IMG/VR virus record: IMGVR_UViG_3300001598_001658
Coordinates: 1 to 64,000 of that record
Source of the DNA: a virus
Lineage: Duplodnaviria; Caudoviricetes
Reading direction: 5' to 3' (one strand)
Length of the DNA stretch: 64,000 nucleotides
Shown: positions 1 through 10,343 of the stretch, piece after piece
Numbering within the stretch: the stretch's first letter is position 1
Layout: each line of letters starts with the position of its first letter
The notes under the pieces: generated by a model
Told to the model about the DNA's origin: nothing
Database searches by the model: none
The model's input: the letters and a program-made list of their open reading frames with translations, nothing else
Program-made: the position numbers and the translations under genes

Positions 1-271
1 GAAAGACATTGATCCTATGACAATGATGATGCTTTCTGGAAACAAAGATATCGATCCTATGATGCTCATGATGATGAACAACAAAGGTGGTGAAGGAACA
101 TCAAACAACATGCTTCCACTTATGATGATGAACGGCGGATTGGACAAATTCAAGGACAATCCTATGATGCTCAGCATGCTCTGCGGCGGTAAAATGGATT
201 ACCAGCAGATGATGATTATGCAGATGATGTCAAAAGGCAAAGATGGTGGAAAGGCAAACCTTTTCGCTTAA
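1..271 (+). CDS. 3' end of a Met-rich low-complexity protein (starts before the window)
   Basis: Frame is open from base 2 (KDIDPM...). KDIDPM is repeated and 22 of the last 84 aa are Met. A terminator follows. Confidence 0.75.
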   Translation, partial: KDIDPMTMMMLSGNKDIDPMMLMMMNNKGGEGTSNNMLPLMMMNGGLDKFKDNPMMLSMLCGGKMDYQQMMIMQMMSKGKDGGKANLFA

Positions 272-300
272 TCTGGTGAAGCTGCAATAAAATAATATAC

Positions 301-338
301 ACCGGGGGATTTTCCCTCGGTGTATTTTTTTATTTTTT
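301..338 (+). terminator. Intrinsic terminator
   Basis: ACCGGGGGA-TTT-TCCCTCGGT hairpin plus T-tract. Confidence 0.8.
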
Positions 339-370
339 TGACAAAATTTATATATGAAAAGGAGAATATA

Positions 371-754
371 ATGAATAAAAAATTAGCAGTATATGATGAA
401 TACACTTTAGAAGTATTTGAAAAATTAAGAATTAAAGATGATATAGAAGATCCAGATTTGATTTCTAAAATTCAAAAAGATTTTGATCATAACTGTATTC
501 TGTATTGTCCTAAAAAGAAAAAGATTTTTAGAGAGATTAGAAAAGATGGTACTCCAATTTTTACAGAAAAGTATAAATATGCAAAAATAATGAGAGTAGA
601 TGAAGCTTATCATATGAGATCTAAAATAATAGATTATGCACATGATAATCCAAAGAAAAAATATATAAATGAAATTTGTAAGTCAAATAGTAAAAATGAA
701 TTTGATTTAATAAATTGCAATTTACATGTATGTATTATTAAATTCGGAGAATAG
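371..754 (+). CDS. Hypothetical protein
   Basis: AAGGAG RBS before ATG 371; the ORF-track start at 320 lies in the terminator. Confidence 0.7.
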   Translation: MNKKLAVYDEYTLEVFEKLRIKDDIEDPDLISKIQKDFDHNCILYCPKKKKIFREIRKDGTPIFTEKYKYAKIMRVDEAYHMRSKIIDYAHDNPKKKYINEICKSNSKNEFDLINCNLHVCIIKFGE

Positions 755-755
755 T

Positions 756-1775
756 ATGGTACCCAAAACTATAGATATAATTATACCATTATACAATACG
801 CCGCTAGAATTATTTAAAGAATGTTTTAAATCGTTAAAAGAACAAACGTGTTATGATTTTAATGTCATTATAGTCAACGACTGTAGTACAAATGAAGATC
901 TTTTAGAATATTATAGATCACTAAAATGCTCGCTTTTTACTATTAAAAAAATAGATAATATTTCAAATAAAGGTTTATTAAATACGAGAATAGTTGGTAT
1001 TAATAATTCAGTTAGTAAATACATTCAAATGCTTGATAGTGATGATAAACTTGAAAAAAATGCAATTGAGTGTATTATAACTAATATGAAAAAATATAAT
1101 TATCCTGACTTAATATTATTTAGATCTAAAACGTTTTATACTAGAAATAATTATTATGGACCAGAAAAGTATATAATAAATAAATTTGATGGTTATATTG
1201 AAAATAATAAATATAATGAAAATGGAACATTGTATGATATAAATTATTTCGATATGATTTATTTTAAAGGAAAGGTAAATTTCTTTATTTGGAATAAATG
1301 TATAAAACGAAAAGTGTGGTTAGAAGCTTTAAAAAATGTATCAATTGATGAAAATAAAAATATTCTTCATGGAGAAGATGAATTTTTAACTTTCATCACT
1401 AGTTTATATATAAATACAGCATTGGGAATAAAAGATATACTTCATACTTATGTGATATATAGAGATTATAAAAGTTTTATTCCTGATTCAATTGAATTTA
1501 AAAGACAATGTAATCGTTTAGATACAATTAGATATTTAAAAACTATAAATAAAAATAAGATAAAAATTGATTTTATGAATTTAGAATTAAATTCTTTAAT
1601 TGATCATTTAACTAATATTTATAGAGTTGTAGCATTATATTATTTAATTACTATACGTGACGAAAATCATATTAATAAAAGTATAGAATATTTTAATAAT
1701 AACTTTTCTGATCTTACTAAAAAAATAACAAGAGATGAAGTGGAAAAAATTAAAGAAAAGGAGAATATAAAATGA
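756..1775 (+). CDS. Glycosyltransferase family 2 (copy 1)
   Basis: IIIPLYN, IIVNDCS, DSDD (DxD) and GED motifs; GGAG RBS before ATG 756. Confidence 0.9.
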   Translation: MVPKTIDIIIPLYNTPLELFKECFKSLKEQTCYDFNVIIVNDCSTNEDLLEYYRSLKCSLFTIKKIDNISNKGLLNTRIVGINNSVSKYIQMLDSDDKLEKNAIECIITNMKKYNYPDLILFRSKTFYTRNNYYGPEKYIINKFDGYIENNKYNENGTLYDINYFDMIYFKGKVNFFIWNKCIKRKVWLEALKNVSIDENKNILHGEDEFLTFITSLYINTALGIKDILHTYVIYRDYKSFIPDSIEFKRQCNRLDTIRYLKTINKNKIKIDFMNLELNSLIDHLTNIYRVVALYYLITIRDENHINKSIEYFNNNFSDLTKKITRDEVEKIKEKENIK

Positions 1776-2785
1776 AAAGTAAATTTATAGATATTATAGT
1801 TCCATTATATAATACAAATTTAGATGTTTTTAAGTTATGTGTAGAATCCATAAAAAATCAAACGTGTAAAGATTTTAATTTAATAATAGTTAATGATGGA
1901 AGTACCGATAAAGAACTTTTAGAATATTATAAAGAATTGAAAAGTGATGATTTTGATATTCTTAAAATTGATAATGAAAAAAACATCGGACTATTCAATA
2001 CAAGAATAACCGGTATAAAAAATTCATGTAGCCATTTTATTCAAATGGTTGATAGTGATGATACGATAAATTCTAAAACTATCGAAATTTTAAAAAATAA
2101 ATTTAATGAAAATCCTAATATTGATGTATTTTCATTTGAATATAATCATATAAATTCTGAAAAAGAAAAACATATAAATTTTTGGGACTTTTATGGAAAA
2201 TGTGAAAATGATAAATATATAGATGAAGATAATAGAACCGGCTTTGGTAATTATTTTTATTTTATTACTATTAGAAAAAAAATCAATACATACATATGGA
2301 CAAAATGTATAAAACGTGAAGTATACATCAATGCTCTTAAAGGATTTAATTTGGATGATGTTAATATTTATTTATATGAAGATAAATTTTTTAATATAAT
2401 CGCTTCTATTTATTCTAAAAGTATTTTATGCTTTAAAGATAAATTGTATAATTATAATTTGCGTAGCGGAGAAAGTCATAATTGGATTATAAATTCTATT
2501 GAAGAATTTCGAAAGAAAACAAATTATGTTTATACTATTAAATATTATGAAGAAATTCTAAAATCATCAGACGAATTAAAATGTATACCAAACATTAAGA
2601 TTAGTAGTTTCATTAAAACCGAAAAAGATTTTTTAATATATTATATAAAGAAATTAATAAAAGACAAATATACAGAAAATAATCAAAAATTAGGTAAAGA
2701 ATTTATAAGATATTATAATGAAAATTACAAAAGTTTATTGGGTGATTATGAATTAAAAGAACAAGAATTTATAAATTTAAATTAA
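1772..2785 (+). CDS. Glycosyltransferase family 2 (copy 2)
   Basis: IIVPLYN, VNDGSTD, DSDD and YED motifs. Confidence 0.9.
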   Translation: MKSKFIDIIVPLYNTNLDVFKLCVESIKNQTCKDFNLIIVNDGSTDKELLEYYKELKSDDFDILKIDNEKNIGLFNTRITGIKNSCSHFIQMVDSDDTINSKTIEILKNKFNENPNIDVFSFEYNHINSEKEKHINFWDFYGKCENDKYIDEDNRTGFGNYFYFITIRKKINTYIWTKCIKREVYINALKGFNLDDVNIYLYEDKFFNIIASIYSKSILCFKDKLYNYNLRSGESHNWIINSIEEFRKKTNYVYTIKYYEEILKSSDELKCIPNIKISSFIKTEKDFLIYYIKKLIKDKYTENNQKLGKEFIRYYNENYKSLLGDYELKEQEFINLN

Positions 2786-2797
2786 AAAGGATTTTAT

Positions 2798-3802
2798 ATG
2801 AAACCTAGTTTATTTGATATCATAATTCCATTATATAATACCAATATAGAATATTTTAAAAAATGTATAAAATCTATTTTGAATCAAACTGATAAAAATT
2901 TTAATGTCATTATAGTTAATGATTGTAGTACAAATGAAGAACTTTTGGAATATTATAGATCGTTAAAAAATCCAATCATTCATTTTGAAAAAATTGATAA
3001 TGAAAAAAATATGGGAACATTTATCACAAGGATCAGAGGAATTCAGAATAGCGTAAGTAAGTATATTATATGGGTTGATCCAGACGATTATATAGTTCCA
3101 AATACTATAGAAACTCTTCATAAATATATTAAAGAAAAAGATTATGATTATATAGAATATAGTTCTAAATTCATGAATACAAATAATAATAAGTTTATGA
3201 GTAGAAGTCTTGGGTGGAGAAAAGAAAAACACGAAATAGTTGGAAATAAATGTATAAATGAAGATGGTAGTGTTGAAGAAAATAATCTATTCATTATGAC
3301 ATTTTCAAAATGTGTTATTGATAGAGTATTATGGACAACTTGTGTTAAGCGAAATAAAATAAATATTTTATTAAGAAAATTATATATTGATGAGAATGAT
3401 TATTGTTTATATAATGAAGATAATTTTTTAAAAATGATATTTGTATTATCATGCAATGAATGTCTTTATATACCTGATGAATTGTATATTTATAGACGCG
3501 GAGATGCGAGTTCTATAACTGGAACTTGGGCATGTGATTCATTAGAAAAATATAAAAGAAAGATGACAAATACTATAATGATAAAATATTATTTGGAGCT
3601 AAACAAAATATATGTAGATACTACAGATAAATTCATTCAATCTTTTGATATTTATAGTTATATTAATATAATTGCTACTATAAATAGTAAATTTTCTGGG
3701 ATGCTAATCAATATGGCTCCAAATGAATTAAAGGAAGAAATGAAAGAGTACTATAATAAAAATTATAAACCAATTTTAGAAAAATATATTATTGATCTGT
3801 AG
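2798..3802 (+). CDS. Glycosyltransferase family 2 (copy 3)
   Basis: IIIPLYN, VNDCST, DPDD and NED motifs. Confidence 0.9.
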   Translation: MKPSLFDIIIPLYNTNIEYFKKCIKSILNQTDKNFNVIIVNDCSTNEELLEYYRSLKNPIIHFEKIDNEKNMGTFITRIRGIQNSVSKYIIWVDPDDYIVPNTIETLHKYIKEKDYDYIEYSSKFMNTNNNKFMSRSLGWRKEKHEIVGNKCINEDGSVEENNLFIMTFSKCVIDRVLWTTCVKRNKINILLRKLYIDENDYCLYNEDNFLKMIFVLSCNECLYIPDELYIYRRGDASSITGTWACDSLEKYKRKMTNTIMIKYYLELNKIYVDTTDKFIQSFDIYSYINIIATINSKFSGMLINMAPNELKEEMKEYYNKNYKPILEKYIIDL

Positions 3803-3811
3803 GAGGATTAA

Positions 3812-3997
3812 ATGGAAAAGTATATTCTTAAACTTGGACCTAAAGTTTACAATGCAGACGACAATGAATTTGTTACTGATGTTTCAAAAGCAACAGAATT
3901 TGATTTATCAGAAGCAACTAAAAAACGTCGTAAACTTATGAAAAAAGTTTTCGGTAATATATTTATGGCAGTTGTTCATAAAGAAGAAACTAAATAA
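3812..3997 (+). CDS. Small hypothetical protein
   Basis: GGAGG RBS; 61-aa ORF. Confidence 0.7.
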   Translation: MEKYILKLGPKVYNADDNEFVTDVSKATEFDLSEATKKRRKLMKKVFGNIFMAVVHKEETK

Positions 3998-4010
3998 AAA
4001 GGAGATAAAT

Positions 4011-4310
4011 ATGGAAGACAAAAAGACCTTCAAATTTGTAGTAAAAGTACTCAAAGCGGTTGATGCAGGAAACACTGTGTATCATGCATTCTATCTTGGT
4101 GAAAAAGATATGCTGGTAACACGCATCAGTAATGCCAAAGAATTCAACGATTTCGATGAAGCAATGGAAAAATCAAAGACTTATTCTGCTGATTGTAAAA
4201 AGACAACAAGAGAATGGTCACCAACTTTCGTTGCTCATAAGCTCGTAAGAAACAAAGGAAATGTGATCGAAGAATCAGAAGAAGTTTTGGACGAAAAACC
4301 AAACGACTAA
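4011..4310 (+). CDS. Small hypothetical protein
   Basis: AAGGAG RBS before ATG 4011. Confidence 0.7.
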   Translation: MEDKKTFKFVVKVLKAVDAGNTVYHAFYLGEKDMLVTRISNAKEFNDFDEAMEKSKTYSADCKKTTREWSPTFVAHKLVRNKGNVIEESEEVLDEKPND

Positions 4311-4326
4311 ATCTGGAGGAAATTAA

Positions 4327-5796
4327 TTGGAAAAGACACAGCTCATAATGCCCAATTGGCGCGTTATGTATTACTATGACAAACATTTAAAAGGCCACCC
4401 TTATATTATTAATCAGGATGTTGGTATTGATAAAAGAAATGTTACCGCAATTGAAGGAGGAATCTATTCGCCTGAACTCGGTAATATTGTTGATACAGAC
4501 AAAGATCTCAGAGAATATTCTTGTTATTGTGGCAAATTAAATTCAAGATTGTACGAAGGTGATATCTGTGAAGAATGTGGAACAGTGTGTCATGAAACAT
4601 TTGGTGCTGATCTTGAAAAATATGGTTGGATCTTATTAGGCGAATACTATATTATCCAGCCGGATGCATATGAAATGATTAAGTCTGTGATAGGAAATAA
4701 AAATCTTGAAAGAATTCTGAAGTATCAAGTGAATATTGATATCGAAGGAAATCCAATTGATATCCAAAAAACAGATCCTAAAGCTTCACCTTATCAGAAT
4801 ATAGGTATGATGGAGTTTAAGAAAAATTTCGCAGAAATCATGAACTATTATGCAATGCTTAAACCAGCAAAAGCTGATAAAGCAAAATTCTTAATAAGTA
4901 TGAAACAGAGAATTTTCACAAATGTAATTCCTGTATTCTCAAACTTGTTGAGACCAGCATATGCGAGTTCTAAAAAGAAAATGTTTAGTTACGATAAATT
5001 AAATGGTAACTTAACAAAAATTCTTAGCAATGCGAAGATGTTGAAAAACGGAACAAGTAAGAGATTAAGAGATGGTGGTGAAAAGACTATTCTCTGGTCA
5101 ATTCAGGAAGAATTGCAAGCATATTATAGTATGACAATTTCGGCTAAACTTTCTGGTAAGCATAAAGTCATTCGTTATACTATTTTATCAGCTCGTACAT
5201 CTTTCAGTTCCCGTTCAGTTATCGCATCTTTGACTGATGCAAAATATCTTGGTATGGATCATATTATTATGAACTATAAACAGTTCATCGAAATTTATAC
5301 ATTGTTAATTCTTAACTGTATGATGAGAGGAATTGGAAATCCGAGATTTAGAACGATGACATTATTTGAATTGATTGCGTATTTAAAGAAAGCAAAATTT
5401 TCAGATACTGTAGATGAAAGCATTTATTCGATTTGTGAATTCTTAATTAAGAATCATAAACAGGGTCTTTGGGTAATTCTTAATCGAAACCCTACAATGG
5501 ACCTTGGATCGCAGCAGTGCTTAAAAGTAGTTCATGTTATTAAAGATGCAAATAGTCATGTTATGAATGTACCTTTAACAAGTCTTTCATCTATGACTGG
5601 TGACTTTGATGGTGACGTATTGAATGTATATGCATTAATGGAACTCCAGGTTGCAAAAGCTTATATCGAAGGATTCTCTCCTAGATATTTACTTTTGGAT
5701 CGTACTGGTGATTCGTTGATCGATACAAACTTTATCCCTATCAAAGATCATTATACAACTGCAAATTCATTCTTAACGCCAATTGCTACTAAATAA
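4327..5796 (+). CDS. Phage RNA polymerase beta' N-terminal subunit (probably non-virion RNAP)
   Basis: Zn ribbon YSCYCG...CEECG, SSRSVI, NRNPT and catalytic GDFDGD; TTG start with GGAGG RBS. Confidence 0.9.
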   Translation: MEKTQLIMPNWRVMYYYDKHLKGHPYIINQDVGIDKRNVTAIEGGIYSPELGNIVDTDKDLREYSCYCGKLNSRLYEGDICEECGTVCHETFGADLEKYGWILLGEYYIIQPDAYEMIKSVIGNKNLERILKYQVNIDIEGNPIDIQKTDPKASPYQNIGMMEFKKNFAEIMNYYAMLKPAKADKAKFLISMKQRIFTNVIPVFSNLLRPAYASSKKKMFSYDKLNGNLTKILSNAKMLKNGTSKRLRDGGEKTILWSIQEELQAYYSMTISAKLSGKHKVIRYTILSARTSFSSRSVIASLTDAKYLGMDHIIMNYKQFIEIYTLLILNCMMRGIGNPRFRTMTLFELIAYLKKAKFSDTVDESIYSICEFLIKNHKQGLWVILNRNPTMDLGSQQCLKVVHVIKDANSHVMNVPLTSLSSMTGDFDGDVLNVYALMELQVAKAYIEGFSPRYLLLDRTGDSLIDTNFIPIKDHYTTANSFLTPIATK

Positions 5797-5799
5797 AAT

Positions 5800-5835
5800 A
5801 ATCGCTCCTCTATATGAGGAGCGATTTTATTTTTT
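5800..5835 (+). terminator. Intrinsic terminator
   Basis: AATCGCTCCTC-TATAT-GAGGAGCGATT plus T-tract. Confidence 0.85.
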
Positions 5836-5856
5836 GTTTCTTTCCTATATAACTAA

Positions 5857-5868
5857 AACATTAATATA
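5857..5868 (+). promoter_or_regulatory. Putative late promoter AACA-N6-TA
   Basis: AACAttaataTA upstream of the structural operon; the motif recurs at 30509, 40446, 46904 and 33859(-). Confidence 0.5.
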
Positions 5869-5916
5869 TTATAAGTCACTTAAATTAATAATGGATAGTA
5901 GATAAAGGAGAAAAAA

Positions 5917-6996
5917 ATGAATAGTTTTAAAACAACTAAGATTTATTCTTTAATTGATGAAATTTTTCTAATCTCCCCAAAGGTTGCGAATTTAAATCAA
6001 TGGATTGGAAAATATACTATTGATAGAGATAAATATGATTACTTAGTTCAGATTTCTAAAACATATAAATTTCCTTTAACTAAAAGTGTTGTGAATGTTT
6101 TGGAACGAGGCGAGGTTTTACCATACAATTCACAGGATCCTAAAAATCCTGATGATAAGCCAATGTCAATTCCTACTTCGATCACTTCTTTTTCAACACC
6201 AGACAAAGTTAAAAAGGTTATTACATATGTAGATACTAGTATGAAAGCTAGCTATGTAAGAAACAAAACTACTAAAGAAATTGAAGCTTATGCAATTAAT
6301 GAAAGAGATTTTTACTGTGCTGCTCAAAGGGGTTATGTAGCAAGATATCTTTTCATGAATAATTCTGCATTATCCACAACACCTAAATTTGTTAAAGCTG
6401 TTATAAACTCATATGCCAGAATTATGGCTAAACCTATTTCAGCTGTTTATGGTACTGGTGCTAAAGAACAATGGACACAGAAACTTCTCTATATCACAAT
6501 TGTATATGGACTTCAAAACTTTTTTGACATGGAAACTGAAAAAGCAAAAGAATTTGCTCTTACGTTCCCTGGAATTAATCGTGCATATATTATGCAGGAA
6601 TGTAAATTTTATTCAACAAATAAATCTGAAATCTTTAATATGAGATCTTCTATTGATCCAAAAGCTCGATTTGAAGATTTTAATAAGAAAGGTTTGATTT
6701 CTGCAGAAACTAAGGATAAGAAAAATGCTTTATATAATATTGATATTTATGTATTAGCATTGAAGCACGAATTTGAAGAAATGAGAACTGGTAATATCAG
6801 CGATAGAACTATTCTCGACAGATTCACAAGTATGTATGGACAAAATTCTATGACAGCAATGGAACATTGTGAATCGTTTATTAATATGATCCTTACTTCA
6901 GAATTGAAGTGTGGTATATACAATGATCGTGGTATTTATGATATTGCAAAAGACGATGTAAAGTCCATTTGTGAAATTATAGCCAGCGACAGATAG
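5917..6996 (+). CDS. Hypothetical protein, probable virion component
   Basis: 359-aa ORF heading an operon of large structural-type proteins. Confidence 0.5.
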   Translation: MNSFKTTKIYSLIDEIFLISPKVANLNQWIGKYTIDRDKYDYLVQISKTYKFPLTKSVVNVLERGEVLPYNSQDPKNPDDKPMSIPTSITSFSTPDKVKKVITYVDTSMKASYVRNKTTKEIEAYAINERDFYCAAQRGYVARYLFMNNSALSTTPKFVKAVINSYARIMAKPISAVYGTGAKEQWTQKLLYITIVYGLQNFFDMETEKAKEFALTFPGINRAYIMQECKFYSTNKSEIFNMRSSIDPKARFEDFNKKGLISAETKDKKNALYNIDIYVLALKHEFEEMRTGNISDRTILDRFTSMYGQNSMTAMEHCESFINMILTSELKCGIYNDRGIYDIAKDDVKSICEIIASDR

Positions 6997-7006
6997 GAGT
7001 AAGAAA

Positions 7007-10000
7007 ATGGTTAAAGGTACACATTTTTATGATTTGAATCAAGAATGTAGTACTGTTATAGAACCTGAATACGATGAATACGGAAATTTAAAATCTTCCA
7101 AAAAGGTCATCGATCATTTACAGAATCACATAATCCCATTGGATAATGCAAAACGAGAATATGAATCCTCTATTTTCGATTATGAATTTTTCACATTAAC
7201 TAATGAAGATATTGTGAGATGTAAGGAAAAGTTTGATCGTAACTATGGTACATTTAGTGATGGAAAAATAATGAAAATCGATAAAGATGAATATTATTTT
7301 AAATTCACTACTAATATTGCCATTTCAGTTGATGCTGGTATTAAGAAACTTAATGAAGCAAAAGGTCAAAAATTATTTAGCCTTATATCACTCTATAAAC
7401 GTTCTATTGAACAGTTCCCAACTCTTTCTTTGTTTATAAATGGTGTTAAAATACCTGATGAATTAATTTATATTTACATGGGTGAATCATGTACTGATAT
7501 TTTAATTCCGGAATCATATTTGCGAAAAAATGCAAATACTGATAAATATGAAAGTATGGAAATTTATGTACAGAAACATGTATACTTAGCTAATAAGTAT
7601 TATTCTGTATATCAAAAAGGAATCGCAAATAAGCGAATTTCTATAGATTTAAATGAAGCAAAAATTAATAAAGAAAATTTAGATTATAATAAAAAGATTA
7701 TAGTTTACTGTAATGGTTTATATAAATTATCAGATACATATACAGTAACTAGAAATGGAGATATTTTAAATATTGATTTCCCAGATTCTTATCTTGCAAC
7801 CGATGCGATTGAAGTTGTATTTGATTTCAATATTAAAGAGGTTAATACTATTTATATAGAAGGGAATAATGATGTTTTAAGTGCAAAACTTGTTCGATGT
7901 TTCTTTAATTTAAAAGAATCAAGCATCAACTATAAAACAAATTTCTTATACGGTTCATTACCAAAAAAGAATTGTTATTTCTATATAAATAATAAACGAA
8001 TTCCATTAAATAGAATTAAACAAATTGGTCGTTTAAACTATGTATATGAAAATGAGGAAACTCCAAATGCTCCTTATGCTTGTACAATTGTTTATACTGA
8101 TAAAGATACTATTGATGAAAGTAAAAATTATATATACGGTGAAGATTATTATTTAAGTAATTTTTATGGTATGGATAATATTACTAAAATCTTAAATAAA
8201 TTAGTAAATGGAAATAAGTTAGAATCAACTGATCCTTTTGTTAATAAATATCTTTTAAATAATTCGTTAGATTATATGTATCTTATGAATAGAAATATGA
8301 AGATGTATTCTAAAGGATATTTTGAAGAATTACGACGTTTAACTGATATATATCTTGATTATGAATCACAAACACGAAGTTTAATTAAAAAAACTGGAAA
8401 TTATCTGATTCGTGATTTTATGAATCTTTATAGTAAAAACGATATTTTTGTTGAAGTATTTAAAGATGAAAATATTCCACCAATGCTTTCTTATACTTTC
8501 TCTACAAAGAAAAGCGAAGAAACAAACACTACCGGTTTTTATTATCTTCTTGATATTAATGGTGATCATATCCCAACTAATAAATATGAAATAAAAGAAA
8601 ATTATCAGTATAATCATATTAATATTCCAACTACTCTTTTAAAAGATGGTTTTAATCGAATTCATATTCGTGAAAATAAGTATGATACTGGTACTAATGG
8701 AGATATCGAATATAAAGTAGTATATCCGAGCGAAATAGAAGAAAGAATTATACCTGATGATAATACGGATTATGATTCTATAATCGATGAATTAATTGAA
8801 GAATACAATGATATTAACACATCTGAAGAAAGAAAAAGAGAAATCAATATTCTTATTCAGACATATGAAAATGCAAAAGTTGCTAGTTATAAATATCAAT
8901 ATACATTTAATAAATTTAAGACGCCTCTTGATATTTCGGATTATCTTTGTTTAAATTTCACATTTAATGAATCTAAATATTATTATTCTGATGAAAGAAA
9001 TAGTGGATGGATTGTAAATAGAAATTGTAAATTTAATAGAAATGCTGATGGTTCAATTACTTTACTCATGAAGAATAAACCAACAGAAAATATTATAATT
9101 TATAGTAAGCGATTTGCATTTAAATTCCACATAAATATTTCTAAAGATCTTGAGACTCTTGAAGATATGTCGATTGTTGTTGGAAGTAATGATGCTATCG
9201 GATTACCAATTATTCCTAATGGTTCATTTACAGTATTCTTAAATGGTGAAAGATTGTATAACGGTATCGATTATGTATTCAGACATCCTGGAAACTATAA
9301 TCTTATTACTTATACTTCTCTTTGCTTGAAACGTAAAACTAAAGTTGACGACGAAGTAGATATCTACTTTGATAGTGTGCAAAACGTCACAGTCGGTCGT
9401 TCAAACGATATTCTTTCACATTCTGGAACTGTATGGAATAAATATGGTTTGATTTATTTTGGTAATCTTTCATATCCTTATTCTCCAAAATATATCGATT
9501 TGTATGTTAACGGTAAATACATTTATCCTGATCAGATTGATATCTTGTCAGATAAACTTATTCGTATTGATCCAGAAATTGCAAATCCAATGTTTGATAT
9601 TTTTGCTGAAACATCATTTGGTGTTGATATTGAAAAATTAAAATACTTCTTTGATTATGATGGAAACAAATATGAAGATAGTGCTCTTGAAAAATTACTC
9701 GCTTCTATCTTTGTAGATTATGACTTCTCTACAATTACAAATCCACCAGAAAATTCTGGTGCTAATGCAATATATGAATCTTTTGATGATAACGTCGATT
9801 CTTGGGGTCACATTGCCAATACTAGACGTGCAGAAGATTCAGATGAAGCTATGGAAATAGCTGAAGAGCTTGTATCAAAACGTTATAACCTTTATGAAAA
9901 TGCATATTTGTTATGGTTAAAATCAAATGGTACCAAAACATTAATTGATACAAACAAAGATATCGATCAAGATATAATGAATTATTTTAAATTCTATCTT

Positions 10001-10339
10001 GAAGATACGATTCTTAGTGAGCGACAAGATATAGTTATTTCTGCTCGTACAACAAAGACTTTTAATGATATTGTTTTTGATGCATCTAAATATCCTATAG
10101 AATATTCTGATAGAGTTCGTAGAATGTTAAAATTTGCAAAAGGAAATAATTTATCAACAAAAGAACTTTTTGAAAAATTAAGAGATCATTTGCCAATTTC
10201 AAATGCATTGTATCCTCGAGATTTTCCTTGTGCTATCAGTTCTAAAACAATGATATCACAAACAAATAGAGACCTTGTTATTGGTGGTAAACCAGGTCTT
10301 ATATATTCAAATACCACAAGTCATAAAACGGAGGACTAA
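7007..10339 (+). CDS. Large virion structural protein (baseplate/tail-like)
   Basis: 1110 aa with repeated beta-rich [FY]-x-NG units (LFINGVKIP, VYCNG, VFLNG, LYVNG). Confidence 0.55.
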   Translation: MVKGTHFYDLNQECSTVIEPEYDEYGNLKSSKKVIDHLQNHIIPLDNAKREYESSIFDYEFFTLTNEDIVRCKEKFDRNYGTFSDGKIMKIDKDEYYFKFTTNIAISVDAGIKKLNEAKGQKLFSLISLYKRSIEQFPTLSLFINGVKIPDELIYIYMGESCTDILIPESYLRKNANTDKYESMEIYVQKHVYLANKYYSVYQKGIANKRISIDLNEAKINKENLDYNKKIIVYCNGLYKLSDTYTVTRNGDILNIDFPDSYLATDAIEVVFDFNIKEVNTIYIEGNNDVLSAKLVRCFFNLKESSINYKTNFLYGSLPKKNCYFYINNKRIPLNRIKQIGRLNYVYENEETPNAPYACTIVYTDKDTIDESKNYIYGEDYYLSNFYGMDNITKILNKLVNGNKLESTDPFVNKYLLNNSLDYMYLMNRNMKMYSKGYFEELRRLTDIYLDYESQTRSLIKKTGNYLIRDFMNLYSKNDIFVEVFKDENIPPMLSYTFSTKKSEETNTTGFYYLLDINGDHIPTNKYEIKENYQYNHINIPTTLLKDGFNRIHIRENKYDTGTNGDIEYKVVYPSEIEERIIPDDNTDYDSIIDELIEEYNDINTSEERKREINILIQTYENAKVASYKYQYTFNKFKTPLDISDYLCLNFTFNESKYYYSDERNSGWIVNRNCKFNRNADGSITLLMKNKPTENIIIYSKRFAFKFHINISKDLETLEDMSIVVGSNDAIGLPIIPNGSFTVFLNGERLYNGIDYVFRHPGNYNLITYTSLCLKRKTKVDDEVDIYFDSVQNVTVGRSNDILSHSGTVWNKYGLIYFGNLSYPYSPKYIDLYVNGKYIYPDQIDILSDKLIRIDPEIANPMFDIFAETSFGVDIEKLKYFFDYDGNKYEDSALEKLLASIFVDYDFSTITNPPENSGANAIYESFDDNVDSWGHIANTRRAEDSDEAMEIAEELVSKRYNLYENAYLLWLKSNGTKTLIDTNKDIDQDIMNYFKFYLEDTILSERQDIVISARTTKTFNDIVFDASKYPIEYSDRVRRMLKFAKGNNLSTKELFEKLRDHLPISNALYPRDFPCAISSKTMISQTNRDLVIGGKPGLIYSNTTSHKTED

Positions 10340-10343
10340 ATAA

